From Vicinamibacterales bacterium (GTDB taxonomy: Bacteria; Acidobacteriota; Vicinamibacteria; Vicinamibacterales; Fen-181), in NCBI GenBank assembly GCA_029974175.1, contig JARKSS010000007.1, positions 1 to 39,762 on the forward strand: DNA of 39,762 nt. Direction: 5' to 3'. This document shows positions 31,639 through 39,762 of this stretch, in pieces. Under the pieces are notes generated by a model. It had not been told where the DNA came from. It saw only the letters and a list, made by a program, of their open reading frames with translations, and made no database searches. The position numbers and the translations under genes are program-made. Each line of letters opens with the position of its first letter. Positions within the stretch are counted from its first letter, which is position 1.

Positions 31639-31647
31639 AATCCCCCC

Positions 31648-32778
31648 ATGCTCCGAGCGCTGATGGCAACCGCCGCGGCGTGCCTGGCCTTCGGCGTGGC
31701 CTCGTCTGCCTCGCAGGCACAGGCTCCGGCCTCCGACCCCGCCGCGCGCGCCGAGGCACGGATTTGCGCCCTGCACCAGGAAGCTGACGCGCTCGCGCGC
31801 CAGCAGCGCACGCTGATCGGCGACCTGCGGCGCCTGGAGATCGAGCGCGACCTGCGCGTCGAGGAAAGCCGGAAGCTCGATGCCGAGGCTGGGGCGCTGC
31901 AGGCCAAGATGGCCGAGACCCAGGCTCAGATCGAGGCCGAGCGGGCGGCAATCGCTGAAATCAGGCCGTAGCTCGACCGCCGCCTCGTCGAGGTCTACAA
32001 GCTCGGGCGTCCCGGCTACGGCCGACTGCTGCTCGGCGCCCGTGACGTGCGCGACGCGGCACGGGTCGTGCGGCAGACCCTGGCGCTGGCGAGCATGGAC
32101 CAGCGGCGCGTGGACGAGCTGCGCGCGTCGATGGACCGCCTCGAGAAGGCCAACGCCCAGCTGGCCGAGCAGGCCGCCAGTCTCGAGAAAGTACGCGAAG
32201 CGGCACGGGTGGCGGCCGACCGGGCCCGTCGTGCCGCCGAGGCCAGGGCCGCCCTCATCCGCGAGGTGGACGCACGCCGCGACCTGGCGGCGCAGATGGC
32301 CGGCGAGCTCGAGATGGCACGCCAGCGCCTCGCGCAGATCGTCTCCTCCGACCCGGTCGAGACGGCGCTTCCCCTCAAGCCCTTCCGCGGCTCGATCGAC
32401 TGGCCTCTCCGGGGACGCCTCCTCTCGTGGTTCGGCCAGCGCCGGAACCCACGATTCGGCACGCCCGCCAGCCGCAACGGCATCGAGATCGCCGGGGCGG
32501 AGGGGGCGCCGGTACGGGCGGTGCACGAAGGGCGCGTGATCTTTGCCGACGTGTTCACCGGCCTGGGCCAGCTGGTCATCATCGATCACGGGCGTCTCGC
32601 CTACTCGCTCTACGGTTACCTCGGGTCGATCGGGGTCCAGAAAGGGGCCGCCGTCGCGCACGGGCAGGCCGTCGGAACGGTGGGCACCTCCCCTGCCGGC
32701 AACCCCGCGTTGTACTTCGAGTTGCGGATCGACGGCCGACCGGTCGATCCCGTAGAATGGCTGAAGGAGAGCTGGTAA
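31648..32778 (+). pseudogene. envC: EnvC-like murein hydrolase activator (coiled coil plus degenerate LytM/M23 domain) interrupted by one in-frame TAG at 31969-31971
   Basis: ORFs 31648..31971 and 32047..32778 are in the same frame (offset 399 = 133x3). The 75 nt between them are open and have about 22/25 G/C at third positions. The read-through product is ...AAIAEIRP*LDRRLVEVYKLGRPGYGRLLLGARDVRDAARV.... The M23 domain lacks the HxxxD/HxH residues (NGIEIAG, YGYL, ALYFE), as in EnvC. Confidence 0.7.
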
Positions 32779-32784
32779 CCCCCC

Positions 32785-33942
32785 ATGAGTGCCCGGACAC
32801 GCTTGTTCGTCTTCGCCATCACCGCACCGGTGATCGCCTTCGCCCTGGTGGGCGCGTTGCTCGGTCAGGTGTGGGCCCGAGAGACCCCCTACGCGAACCT
32901 GCGCGTCTTCGAGGAAGCGGTTTCGCTCATCGCCAACAATTACGTCGAAGAAGTCAACCTCTCGAAGGTGATGCGGGGGGCGATGGGAGGGCTGGCCGAG
33001 GGCCTCGACCCCGACAGCGCGTACCTGCCGCCCGAGGCCGTTCGTGAAGTGGATGCCGGGAACGGGGCCGGGCCGGCCGACATCGGCGTCACGCTGACGC
33101 GCCAGTACTACCTGCGCGTCATCGCCACGCGCGACGGCTCGCCGGCGGCGCGCGCCGGTCTTCGCGCGGGCGACTACCTGCGCGTGATCGGCGAACGGCC
33201 GACGCGCGAGATGTCGGTCTGGGAGGGAATGCGGCTGCTGCGCGGCGAGCCGGGCAGCACGGTGGGGCTGCTCGTCATCCGCGGCAACGCCGCCGATCCG
33301 CACCCGGTGGAGGTCACGCGCGAGCTGCCGGCAACGCCCGTCGTGTCGGGACGGCTGATCGGGGCTGACGTCGGGTACCTTCGCATCCCTACGTTCGCCG
33401 GCAGCGTTCCCACCGCCGTTTCGACGCGGGTGGCCGAACTGGTGAAGGCCGGCGCCTCCCGGCTGGTGGTGGACGTCCGCGACGTGGCCGACGGCCCGCT
33501 CGACGCCGGCATCGCCACCGCGCGGCTCTTCGTGGCGTCGGGCACGCTGGCGCACAAGGAAACCAAGGGCGCCGGCCGCGAGGCCGTGTCCGCCGGCGGC
33601 CGTGCCCCGATCGATCAGCCCGTCGTCGTCCTGGTGAACCGCGGCACGTCGGGCGCCTCCGAGCTGTTCGCCGCTGCCCTGGCGGGGAACAAGCGCGCCG
33701 AGCTGGTCGGCGAGCGCACGCACGGCCGCGCGGGCCTGCAGCGCATGGTTCGGCTGAACGACGGCTCGGCCATGCTGATCACCAACGCGTGGTACCTCAC
33801 GCCCGGCGGTGAGCCCATTCACCAGAAGGGCCTGACGCCGGCGCACACCGTCGAGGTGCCGGACGTGGAATTCGGCGCGCCGCCCCCCGAGACGGACCCG
33901 ATCCTCGACAAGGGTCTCGAGCTGGTGAGGGCGCGCCGCTAG
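32785..33942 (+). CDS. ctpA: S41 family C-terminal processing peptidase (PDZ domain)
   Basis: ORF 32785..33942. PDZ region (SPAARAGLRAGDYLRVIGERPT). VVVLVNRGTSGASELFAAALAGNKRAELVGERTHG. Confidence 0.9.
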   Translation: MSARTRLFVFAITAPVIAFALVGALLGQVWARETPYANLRVFEEAVSLIANNYVEEVNLSKVMRGAMGGLAEGLDPDSAYLPPEAVREVDAGNGAGPADIGVTLTRQYYLRVIATRDGSPAARAGLRAGDYLRVIGERPTREMSVWEGMRLLRGEPGSTVGLLVIRGNAADPHPVEVTRELPATPVVSGRLIGADVGYLRIPTFAGSVPTAVSTRVAELVKAGASRLVVDVRDVADGPLDAGIATARLFVASGTLAHKETKGAGREAVSAGGRAPIDQPVVVLVNRGTSGASELFAAALAGNKRAELVGERTHGRAGLQRMVRLNDGSAMLITNAWYLTPGGEPIHQKGLTPAHTVEVPDVEFGAPPPETDPILDKGLELVRARR

Positions 33943-33957
33943 AGCCAGCATCCCTTT

Positions 33958-35061
33958 GTGAGATGGAGCCCCCTCCTCAAGAGCGCGAAGAGGGGATTCC
34001 TCTACCCCCTCCAGTGGTCCGGCCTCACTGCCTGGGTCGCTCAGACGGCTTGGCGCCGCTCGCGCCTCGTCATCCTCTGCTACCACGGCATCTCCCTCGA
34101 GGACGAGCACCGCTGGCACCCGTCGCTCTTCATCACGCCCGAGGTGTTCCGCGCACGCCTCGACCTGCTCGCTGACCGCGGCTACACCGTGCTGCCGCTT
34201 GCCGAGGCGGTTTGCCGGCTGTTCGAGGGACGGCTTCCGCCCCGCGCGGCGGCAATCACCTTCGACGATGGCCTGTACGATTTCTACGCCGAGGCATTCC
34301 CGGCACTGAGAGCGCATGGCTTTCCCGCCACCGTCTACCTCACGAGCTATTACTCGGAGACCCAGCGGCCGGTGTTCGACTCGGTCTGCTCGTACATCCT
34401 GTGGAAGGCGGGCCCTGGCGCGTTCGACGGCGAGCCCTTCGTGGGGACGCCGGGCAGGCTGGCGCTGGGCACCAGCGCCGAACGGGCCGACGTGCAGGCC
34501 CGGATCCGCCGTCACGCCGCCGCCGCCGGGCTTTCGGCCCACGAGAAAGACGACCTCGCGCGCCGCCTCGCGGAGAAGCTCGGTGTCGACTACGACCGCA
34601 TCGTCGCCCGGCGCCTGTTCCACCTGATGACGCCCGGCGAGCTGCGGGAGATCTCGCGCCACGGGATGGACGTGCAGCTTCACACGCACCGTCACCGGAC
34701 TCCACGCGAGCGTGGCGCGTTCGACCGCGAGATCGCCGACAACAGGCGGGCCGTGACGGCGGTGCTCGGCGAGCGCCTCCTCGAGCACTTCTGTTACCCG
34801 AACGGCGACATCGCACCCTGCTTCCTTCCGTGGCTGGCCGAGGGTCGCATCCGGACGGCGACCACCTGCGAGCCAGGCCTCGCCAGCCGCGGCGACCATC
34901 CACTGCTCCTGCCGCGGGTGTTGGACAGCGCCTTGCTCTCGCCCGTCGAGTTCGAGGCCTGGCTGTCGGGGCTGTCGTCGTTCCTGCCCACACTGAGGAG
35001 GTCGCGTGACTGGAGGCGGCGCGGCGGGCGCGAAGCACCAGTTCGAGCCGGCGATCGATGA
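33958..35061 (+). CDS. polysaccharide deacetylase (CE4/NodB homology domain)
   Basis: ORF 33958..35061 (GTG). ITFDDG, LHTHRH, FCYPNGD motifs. The last 20 or so codons are Arg-rich and overlap the next gene. Confidence 0.83.
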   Translation: MRWSPLLKSAKRGFLYPLQWSGLTAWVAQTAWRRSRLVILCYHGISLEDEHRWHPSLFITPEVFRARLDLLADRGYTVLPLAEAVCRLFEGRLPPRAAAITFDDGLYDFYAEAFPALRAHGFPATVYLTSYYSETQRPVFDSVCSYILWKAGPGAFDGEPFVGTPGRLALGTSAERADVQARIRRHAAAAGLSAHEKDDLARRLAEKLGVDYDRIVARRLFHLMTPGELREISRHGMDVQLHTHRHRTPRERGAFDREIADNRRAVTAVLGERLLEHFCYPNGDIAPCFLPWLAEGRIRTATTCEPGLASRGDHPLLLPRVLDSALLSPVEFEAWLSGLSSFLPTLRRSRDWRRRGGREAPVRAGDR

Positions 35062-35932
35062 GGCCGAGCGGGCCCTGCGGGCGGTTGCCGGCGGGGCGCG
35101 CGGCCTGGAGCTGGCCGAGTCGTACCGGCGCGTGCTCTCGTCGTGGCCCGTGGACTCGCCCTACAACCGGGTGCCGGCCGAGGTACTGGCCGCACGCGAC
35201 ACCTTGCGGCGCGAGGGTGGCGCGTCGCTGGTCGCCGCCGTGCACCGGTTCGTCCTGCTCGCGTCGATCCCCGCCGCGCGGGAGGCGCTGGCGGCGCAGG
35301 CCCACCTCGCTCCCGTGCTCGAGTGGTTCGACAGTGCGGCCGCCGGCATGGCCGCCGAACTGGCCGGGACGCCGGACGAGCGCCTCGACTTCCCCCTCGA
35401 CCCCTTCGTCAAGGACCTTGCGGTCGTGCTGCGGCGGCTCTGGCCGCTCGGCGCCGTGGGTGTGGACCCGCGGGTGCGCCTCCGACGCACCTGGTTCACC
35501 GAGGACGGCGCGCGGGGGCTGCTGCAGGGCGCCGGGGTGCTGCTGCGGCTGCGGGGCACCGCGCCGCTCTACGAGATCCACCTGTACCACCGCCACCTCT
35601 CGGAGTTCTCCGAGCAGGGGTGGACCGCCTGCTACCGGCGTATCGCGCAGATCATGGGCGCACAGCCCTGGATTCGCGGGCTCTTCGGAAAGACGTGGTT
35701 CTGGGACCCCGCGCTCGAGCGCGTGAGCCCTCACCTCGCCTATCTGCGGCGGCTGCCGCTCGCCCACGGGGCCATTCTCGTCAGGGTGCGGAACGGCCCG
35801 CACACGTACGTCAACGCGCTGCAGAAATCCGAGACGCGGCGGCGCCTGCATGCCGCCGGGAAGTACGAGCCGCAGGAGTACGTGCTGATCTGGCCGCGGC
35901 GCCCGTTCCTGCGCTGGGCCGCCGGCGCATAG
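35006..35932 (+). CDS. hypothetical protein (308 aa), no family recognised
   Basis: ORF 35006..35932. GTG preceded by AGGAGG (34996-35001, 4-nt spacer). An in-frame TGA at 34994 prevents upstream extension. High GC3. Overlaps the deacetylase gene by 56 nt. Confidence 0.6.
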   Translation: MTGGGAAGAKHQFEPAIDEAERALRAVAGGARGLELAESYRRVLSSWPVDSPYNRVPAEVLAARDTLRREGGASLVAAVHRFVLLASIPAAREALAAQAHLAPVLEWFDSAAAGMAAELAGTPDERLDFPLDPFVKDLAVVLRRLWPLGAVGVDPRVRLRRTWFTEDGARGLLQGAGVLLRLRGTAPLYEIHLYHRHLSEFSEQGWTACYRRIAQIMGAQPWIRGLFGKTWFWDPALERVSPHLAYLRRLPLAHGAILVRVRNGPHTYVNALQKSETRRRLHAAGKYEPQEYVLIWPRRPFLRWAAGA

Positions 35933-35977
35933 ACGCCGGCGGCGCCAGCCCCGTGGTCGGGAGCCAGCTGATCACTA

Positions 35978-36006
35978 TTGACACCTGATCACCGCTCGCG
36001 TATAAC
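35978..36006 (+). promoter_or_regulatory. sigma70-like promoter for hup: -35 TTGACA (35978-35983), 17-nt spacer, -10 TATAAC (36001-36006)
   Basis: attTTGACAcctgatcaccgctcgcgTATAACccc, about 77 nt upstream of the HU ATG. Confidence 0.55.
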
Positions 36007-36082
36007 CCCATCCGGACGTCGTGGCTGGCGTGGCGGAGAAACCGCGCGGCATCATTCAGCGGACGAGGAGGAGGTGGGGGTC

Positions 36083-36355
36083 ATGAACAAGCAGTCGCTG
36101 ATCGAGAAGATCGCGAAGGACACCGGGGTGACCAAGGTCGCGGCGGCGGCGGCGCTCGAGTCGGCCCTGGATGGGATCACCCGCTCGTTGAAGAAGGGCG
36201 AGGGGATCACCTTTGTCGGCTTCGGCACGTTCAAGACCGCCGTTCGGAAGGCGCGCGTCGGGCGCAACCCGCAGACCGGCGCCGAGGTGAAGATCCCGAA
36301 GCGGCGCGTGGTCCGCTTCACCCCGGGCAAGGCGCTCAAGAACGCCGTCAAGTAG
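36083..36355 (+). CDS. hup: DNA-binding protein HU
   Basis: Within ORF 35978..36355. ATG 36083 after GAGGAGGAGG. MNKQSLIEKIAKDTG...GFGTFKTAVRKARVGRNPQTGAEVKIPKRRVVRFTPGKALK. Confidence 0.93.
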   Translation: MNKQSLIEKIAKDTGVTKVAAAAALESALDGITRSLKKGEGITFVGFGTFKTAVRKARVGRNPQTGAEVKIPKRRVVRFTPGKALKNAVK

Positions 36356-36362
36356 TTGCGCA

Positions 36363-36408
36363 GGGGCCAGGATTCGGGACGGCCGAGAATCACGGATCCT
36401 GGCTCCCC
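36363..36408 (+). terminator. long stem-loop after hup (GGGGCCAGGAT ... ATCCTGGC(T)CCCC)
   Basis: Inverted repeat with one bulge, 8 nt after the HU stop. No clear U-tract. Confidence 0.35.
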
Positions 36409-36448
36409 GTCTCCCAATCGCGAGTCCGGATCCTCGACCCCTCCTCCG

Positions 36449-36478
36449 TTGACCGCCCGGCTTGGCCGTTGCTATACT
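36449..36478 (+). promoter_or_regulatory. sigma70-like promoter for tRNA-Val: -35 TTGACC (36449-36454), 18-nt spacer, -10 TATACT (36473-36478)
   Basis: cgTTGACCgcccggcttggccgttgcTATACTagc, about 35 nt upstream of the tRNA 5' end. Confidence 0.5.
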
Positions 36479-36512
36479 AGCCACTTCTGTAAGTGCCGGC
36501 TTTTCTTGATTT

Positions 36513-36589
36513 AGGCGCGTAGCTCAGATGGTTAGAGCGCCTGCTTGACACGCAGGAGGTCGGCGGTTCGAGTCCGCCCGTGCCTACCA
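36513..36589 (+). tRNA. tRNA-Val (anticodon GAC), CCA encoded
   Basis: Cloverleaf folded by hand. Acceptor AGGCGCG/CGTGCCT (one G:T). D-arm GTAGCTCAGATGGTTAGAGC. Anticodon stem CCTGC/GCAGG with loop TTGACAC. T-arm GGCGG-TTCGAGT-CCGCC. Discriminator A plus CCA. Confidence 0.93.
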
Positions 36590-36717
36590 CCTCGTTCCGC
36601 GGCAGCGGATCCACCTCGGAGTTCGGCCAGCCGAACGCGAGGGCGTTCAGAAAGCCGGGTGGATGCCCGGATGCCCGACCGTGATGGCTGAGAAGACCTG
36701 CCTATCCTGATCACCGG

Positions 36718-38634
36718 ATGAACCACGTCACCATCACGCTGCCCGACGGCTCACGCCGCACCGTCCCCGCCGGGACAACGGTGCGCGACCTGTCGGCGGA
36801 CCTGCCGCCGCGCGTGGCGAAGTCCGCCTTCGCAGCCGTGGTCGACGGCCAGGTCGTGGACCTGTCGTACCGGCTCGAATGCGATGCGTCGGTGCGCCTG
36901 GTCACCCCCGAGAGCCCCGAGGCGCTCGACCTCTACCGCCACAGCACGGCCCACCTGATGGCCGCGGCGGTCACGAGCCTGTTCCCCGGCACCCAGTGCG
37001 GCATCGGCCCCGCCACCGACGACGGCTTCTTCTACGACTTCGTCGTCCCGCGCCCGTTCGTCCCCGAGGATCTCGAGGCGATCGAGAACAAGATGCGCGA
37101 GCTGGCGAAGCAGGACATCCCGTACGAGCGGAAGATGCTGCCCAAGGAGGAGGCCAAGCGCTACTTCGCCGAGCGCGGCGAGCCCCTCAAGGTGCAGTTG
37201 ATCGAGGAGAAGGGCGGCCCGGTCGTCTCGTGCTACACGATCGACGACATCTTCATCGACTTCTGCGTCGGGCCGCACGTCCCCTCCACCGGGCGGCTCA
37301 AGGCGTTCAAGCTGCTCTCGACCTCGAACGCCTACTGGAAGGGCGACGCGCGCAACCAGCCGATGCAGCGCGTGTACGGCACCGCCTTCTTCTCGGAGGC
37401 CGAGTTGAAGGCGCACCTGCAGCGCATCGAGGAGGCCAAGCGCCGCGATCACCGCAAGCTTGGCCGCGAGCTGGGGCTCTTCATCGGGCACCCGTGGGCG
37501 CCGGGCGCCACCTTCTGGCTCGGCAAGGGCACCGTGCTCTACAACACCCTCGCCGACTACATGCGGCAGGTGCTGTACCCGGCGGGCTACCAGGAAGTCA
37601 AGACGCCGATCATCCTGAACAAGGCGCTCTGGGAGACCTCGGGGCACTGGGAGCACTACCGCGAGAACATGTTCCTCGTCCGCTCGTCCGACGACGAGGA
37701 GATGGGCCTCAAGGCGATGAACTGCCCGGCCCACTTCCTGGTCTACGCGAGCGAGATGCGCAGCTACAAGGACCTGCCGCTGCGGTTGCACGAGCAGACG
37801 CCCCTGCACCGCAACGAGGCGTCGGGCGTTCTCTCGGGCCTGACCCGCGTGCGCCAGTTCTCGCAGGACGATGCGCACTGCTTCGTGATGGAGTCGCAGA
37901 TTGCCGAGGAGGTCGAGCGGCTGCTCCGCCTCGTCCAGCGCGTCTACGGCGACTTCGGCCTCGACTACACGGTGAAGCTCTCGACCCGCCCCGAACAGTT
38001 CATGGGCGAGATTGCCACCTGGGACCACGCCGAGGCCTCGTTGCGCGAGGCGCTCGTCGCCGCGGGCCAGCCATACGAAGTGAACGAGGGCGACGGCGCC
38101 TTCTACGGTCCGAAGCTCGACTTCGACATCACCGACGCCCTCGGGCGGAAGTGGCAGTGCGCCACCATCCAGCTCGACTACCAGATGCCCGAGCGTTTCG
38201 ACCTCAAGTACGTGGGGGCCGACAACGCCGAGCATCGCCCGGTCGTCATCCACCGGGCCATCTTCGGCAGCTTCGAGCGCTTCATCGCCCTGCTGATCGA
38301 GCACTACGCGGGCGGCTTCCCGCTGTGGCTCGCGCCGGTGCAGGTGATGGTGCTGCCGATCGCCGACCGCCACCTGGGCTACGCCACGTCGGTCCGCGAG
38401 CGCCTGGTCGCGGCCGGGCTGCGCGCCGGGGTGGACGAGCGCCAGGAGAAGATCGGGTACAAGATTCGCGAAGCACAGCTCCAGAAGATCCCCTACATGC
38501 TCGTCGTCGGGGACCGCGAGGCCGAGCAGGGCCTGGTGGCCGTGCGCGCGCGCACCGGCGGCGACCAGGGATCGCGCACGCTCGAGGAGTTCGTCGCCGC
38601 GGCCCTGGACGAGGTGGCGAAGAAGGGCAAGTAG
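36718..38634 (+). CDS. thrS: threonine--tRNA ligase
   Basis: ORF 36718..38634. TGS domain [12 protein letters not shown], editing domain HSTAHLMA, class II motifs (FRNE-like HRNEASG, GFGLER-like), anticodon-binding C-terminus. Confidence 0.96.
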   Translation: MNHVTITLPDGSRRTVPAGTTVRDLSADLPPRVAKSAFAAVVDGQVVDLSYRLECDASVRLVTPESPEALDLYRHSTAHLMAAAVTSLFPGTQCGIGPATDDGFFYDFVVPRPFVPEDLEAIENKMRELAKQDIPYERKMLPKEEAKRYFAERGEPLKVQLIEEKGGPVVSCYTIDDIFIDFCVGPHVPSTGRLKAFKLLSTSNAYWKGDARNQPMQRVYGTAFFSEAELKAHLQRIEEAKRRDHRKLGRELGLFIGHPWAPGATFWLGKGTVLYNTLADYMRQVLYPAGYQEVKTPIILNKALWETSGHWEHYRENMFLVRSSDDEEMGLKAMNCPAHFLVYASEMRSYKDLPLRLHEQTPLHRNEASGVLSGLTRVRQFSQDDAHCFVMESQIAEEVERLLRLVQRVYGDFGLDYTVKLSTRPEQFMGEIATWDHAEASLREALVAAGQPYEVNEGDGAFYGPKLDFDITDALGRKWQCATIQLDYQMPERFDLKYVGADNAEHRPVVIHRAIFGSFERFIALLIEHYAGGFPLWLAPVQVMVLPIADRHLGYATSVRERLVAAGLRAGVDERQEKIGYKIREAQLQKIPYMLVVGDREAEQGLVAVRARTGGDQGSRTLEEFVAAALDEVAKKGK

Positions 38635-38675
38635 GATTCAGGAGAATCCCGAATCCCGGTTTCGAGGAGGCTCAT

Positions 38676-39275
38676 ATCGCTTTCGATCGCTCCGGCCCAC
38701 GTCGTGACGACCGCACGCGGATCAACGAGCGCATCCGGGTGCGGGAAGTCCGTGTGATCGATGACACCGGCCAGCAGCTCGGCATCATGCCGCCGCAGCA
38801 GGCGCTGGCCATCGCCCGGCAGAAGGGGCTCGACCTGGTGGAGGTGGCGCCAATGGCGCAGCCGCCGGTCTGCCGGATCATGGACTTCGGCAAGTACCAG
38901 TACCAGGAACAGAAGCGGTCGCGGGAAGCCCGGAAGCACCAGAAGGTCATCGAGGTCAAGGAGATCAAGTTCCGGCCGAAGGTGGACGAGCACGACTACC
39001 AGTTCAAGAAGAAGCACATCGAGCGCTTCCTGGCCGACGGCGACAAGGTGAAGGCGACGATCTTCTTTCGCGGCCGCGAGATGGCCCACCCGGAGATCGG
39101 CCGCCGCATCCTCGAACGCCTCATCCAGGAACTGAACGATATCGCGATCGCCGAGACGATGCCGAGGATGGAAGGCAACACGATGCACACCATCCTCAGC
39201 CACCGGCCAACCCCGGGGGGCGGCAAGCCGCAGTCGCCCAAGCCGGCGCCCGGACAGCCCGCGCCCGCGCGCTAG
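38676..39275 (+). CDS. infC: translation initiation factor IF-3, probable non-AUG (ATC) start
   Basis: Last ~200 codons of the chimeric ORF 36879..39275. [24 protein letters not shown]...[15 protein letters not shown]...[14 protein letters not shown]...[12 protein letters not shown]. The only canonical in-frame start (GIM) would delete the N-domain. In-frame ATC at 38676 sits 5 nt after GAGGAGG (38664-38670). Confidence 0.8.
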   Translation: MAFDRSGPRRDDRTRINERIRVREVRVIDDTGQQLGIMPPQQALAIARQKGLDLVEVAPMAQPPVCRIMDFGKYQYQEQKRSREARKHQKVIEVKEIKFRPKVDEHDYQFKKKHIERFLADGDKVKATIFFRGREMAHPEIGRRILERLIQELNDIAIAETMPRMEGNTMHTILSHRPTPGGGKPQSPKPAPGQPAPAR

Positions 39276-39336
39276 GGCGCAGGCAGGAGCAGCGGCAGCG
39301 AGGGCTCGGCCCTCCGACGGTAACTGAGAGACGACG

Positions 39337-39534
39337 ATGCCAAAACTGAAGACTCACCGGGGCGCGGCGAAGCGCTTCAAGAAGACGGGAACCGGGAAGT
39401 TCCTGCGGGCCCATGCGTTCAAGCGCCACCAGCTGAGCAGCAAGACCACCAAGGTGAAGCGCCAGCTGTCGGGCACCGTCGTGGTGTCCGCGCAGGACAG
39501 TGCCCGCGTGAAGCGGATGCTGCCCTACAAGTAG
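39337..39534 (+). CDS. rpmI: 50S ribosomal protein L35
   Basis: ORF 39337..39534. [22 protein letters not shown]. Confidence 0.95.
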   Translation: MPKLKTHRGAAKRFKKTGTGKFLRAHAFKRHQLSSKTTKVKRQLSGTVVVSAQDSARVKRMLPYK

Positions 39535-39557
39535 GGCCAGCCTAAGGAGAGACTGCA

Positions 39558-39762
39558 ATGCCTCGTGTGAAGCGTGGGACGGTGCGCCGGGCCAAGCGCA
39601 AGAAGCTGCTCGGCCTCGCCAAGGGGTATTACGCCCGCAAGAGCAAGCTGTACAGGTCGGCCAAGGAGGCGGTCGACACGGCGCTGAAGTACGCCTTCGT
39701 CGGCCGCCGCAACAAGAAGCGCGACTTCCGCCGCCTGTGGATTGCCCGTATCAACGCCGCTG
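39558..39762 (+). CDS. rplT: 50S ribosomal protein L20 (5' part; continues beyond window end)
   Basis: ATG 39558 after [77 protein letters not shown]. No stop in the window. Confidence 0.93.
   Translation, partial: MPRVKRGTVRRAKRKKLLGLAKGYYARKSKLYRSAKEAVDTALKYAFVGRRNKKRDFRRLWIARINAA

Noticed and set aside
31339-34899. 1186-aa minus-strand ORF, the longest in the track
   Set aside because: It lies antisense to four well-recognised plus-strand genes (AP-superfamily, envC-like, ctpA, deacetylase). Its Arg/Gly/Pro/Ala-rich low-complexity translation is typical of stop-poor antisense frames in high-GC DNA, and no motifs are present.
35968-35994. CTGATCAC / CCTGATCACCG motif flanking the hup -35 and recurring at 36706-36716 just before the thrS ATG
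   Set aside because: Shared 8-11-mers are expected many times by chance among all pairs of positions in 40 kb. With no further support, it is not reported as an operator.
36590-36717. T-box riboswitch upstream of thrS (GGGTGG at about 36657-36662 and an ACC Thr codon at 36696)
   Set aside because: The leader is only 128 nt. The GGGTGG-like element precedes the candidate specifier instead of following it. No stem I/specifier-loop architecture or terminator/antiterminator pair is evident.
36879-39275. 798-aa plus-strand ORF spanning thrS and infC
   Set aside because: It is an alternative frame inside thrS that happens to stay open. Only its last ~200 codons (38676-39275) correspond to a real protein (IF-3). 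The same logic applies to 17126..18847 (real gene from 17927) and 19742..21481 (real gene from 20201).

Overview
High-GC window (about two-thirds or more G+C by eye) from a Gram-negative-type genome with lipid A genes; the phylum guess (Acidobacteriota or Gemmatimonadota) is inference only. It is densely packed with housekeeping genes, and I recognise no transposase, integrase, phage gene, CRISPR array or known defence system. Recognisable blocks: lpxB/M16/M16/lpxD, nfo, AmmeMemoRadiSam A+B, gatCA, rpoZ, two hsp20 genes, ymdB-like/xseA/xseB/ispA/tlyA/nadK/mltG, ruvX, envC-like/ctpA, hup, tRNA-Val and thrS/infC/rpmI/rplT. The best candidate for an undescribed system is a compact five-gene operon at 16788-21995. 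It combines an IDH-like beta-decarboxylating dehydrogenase, an HMG-CoA-lyase-type enzyme, a family III CoA-transferase and archaeal-type LeuC/LeuD-like subunits. This looks like a 2-oxoacid-elongation or citrate-type module in which the LeuA-type synthase is replaced by lyase plus CoA-transferase. Secondary signals:
- a three-copy family of low-GC, purine/pyrimidine-asymmetric hairpin elements at gene 3' ends
- three CTAGCCC/GGGGCTA heptamer arrays with G-quadruplex potential
- GC-rich hairpins inside the operon
- an EnvC-like gene interrupted by one in-frame TAG
- a polysaccharide deacetylase overlapping an unknown 308-aa gene
- a non-AUG (ATC) infC start
All protein calls come from motif recognition by eye. 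No searches were run, so family assignments need HMM or BLAST confirmation. Many long ORFs in the track are antisense high-GC artefacts and were not called.
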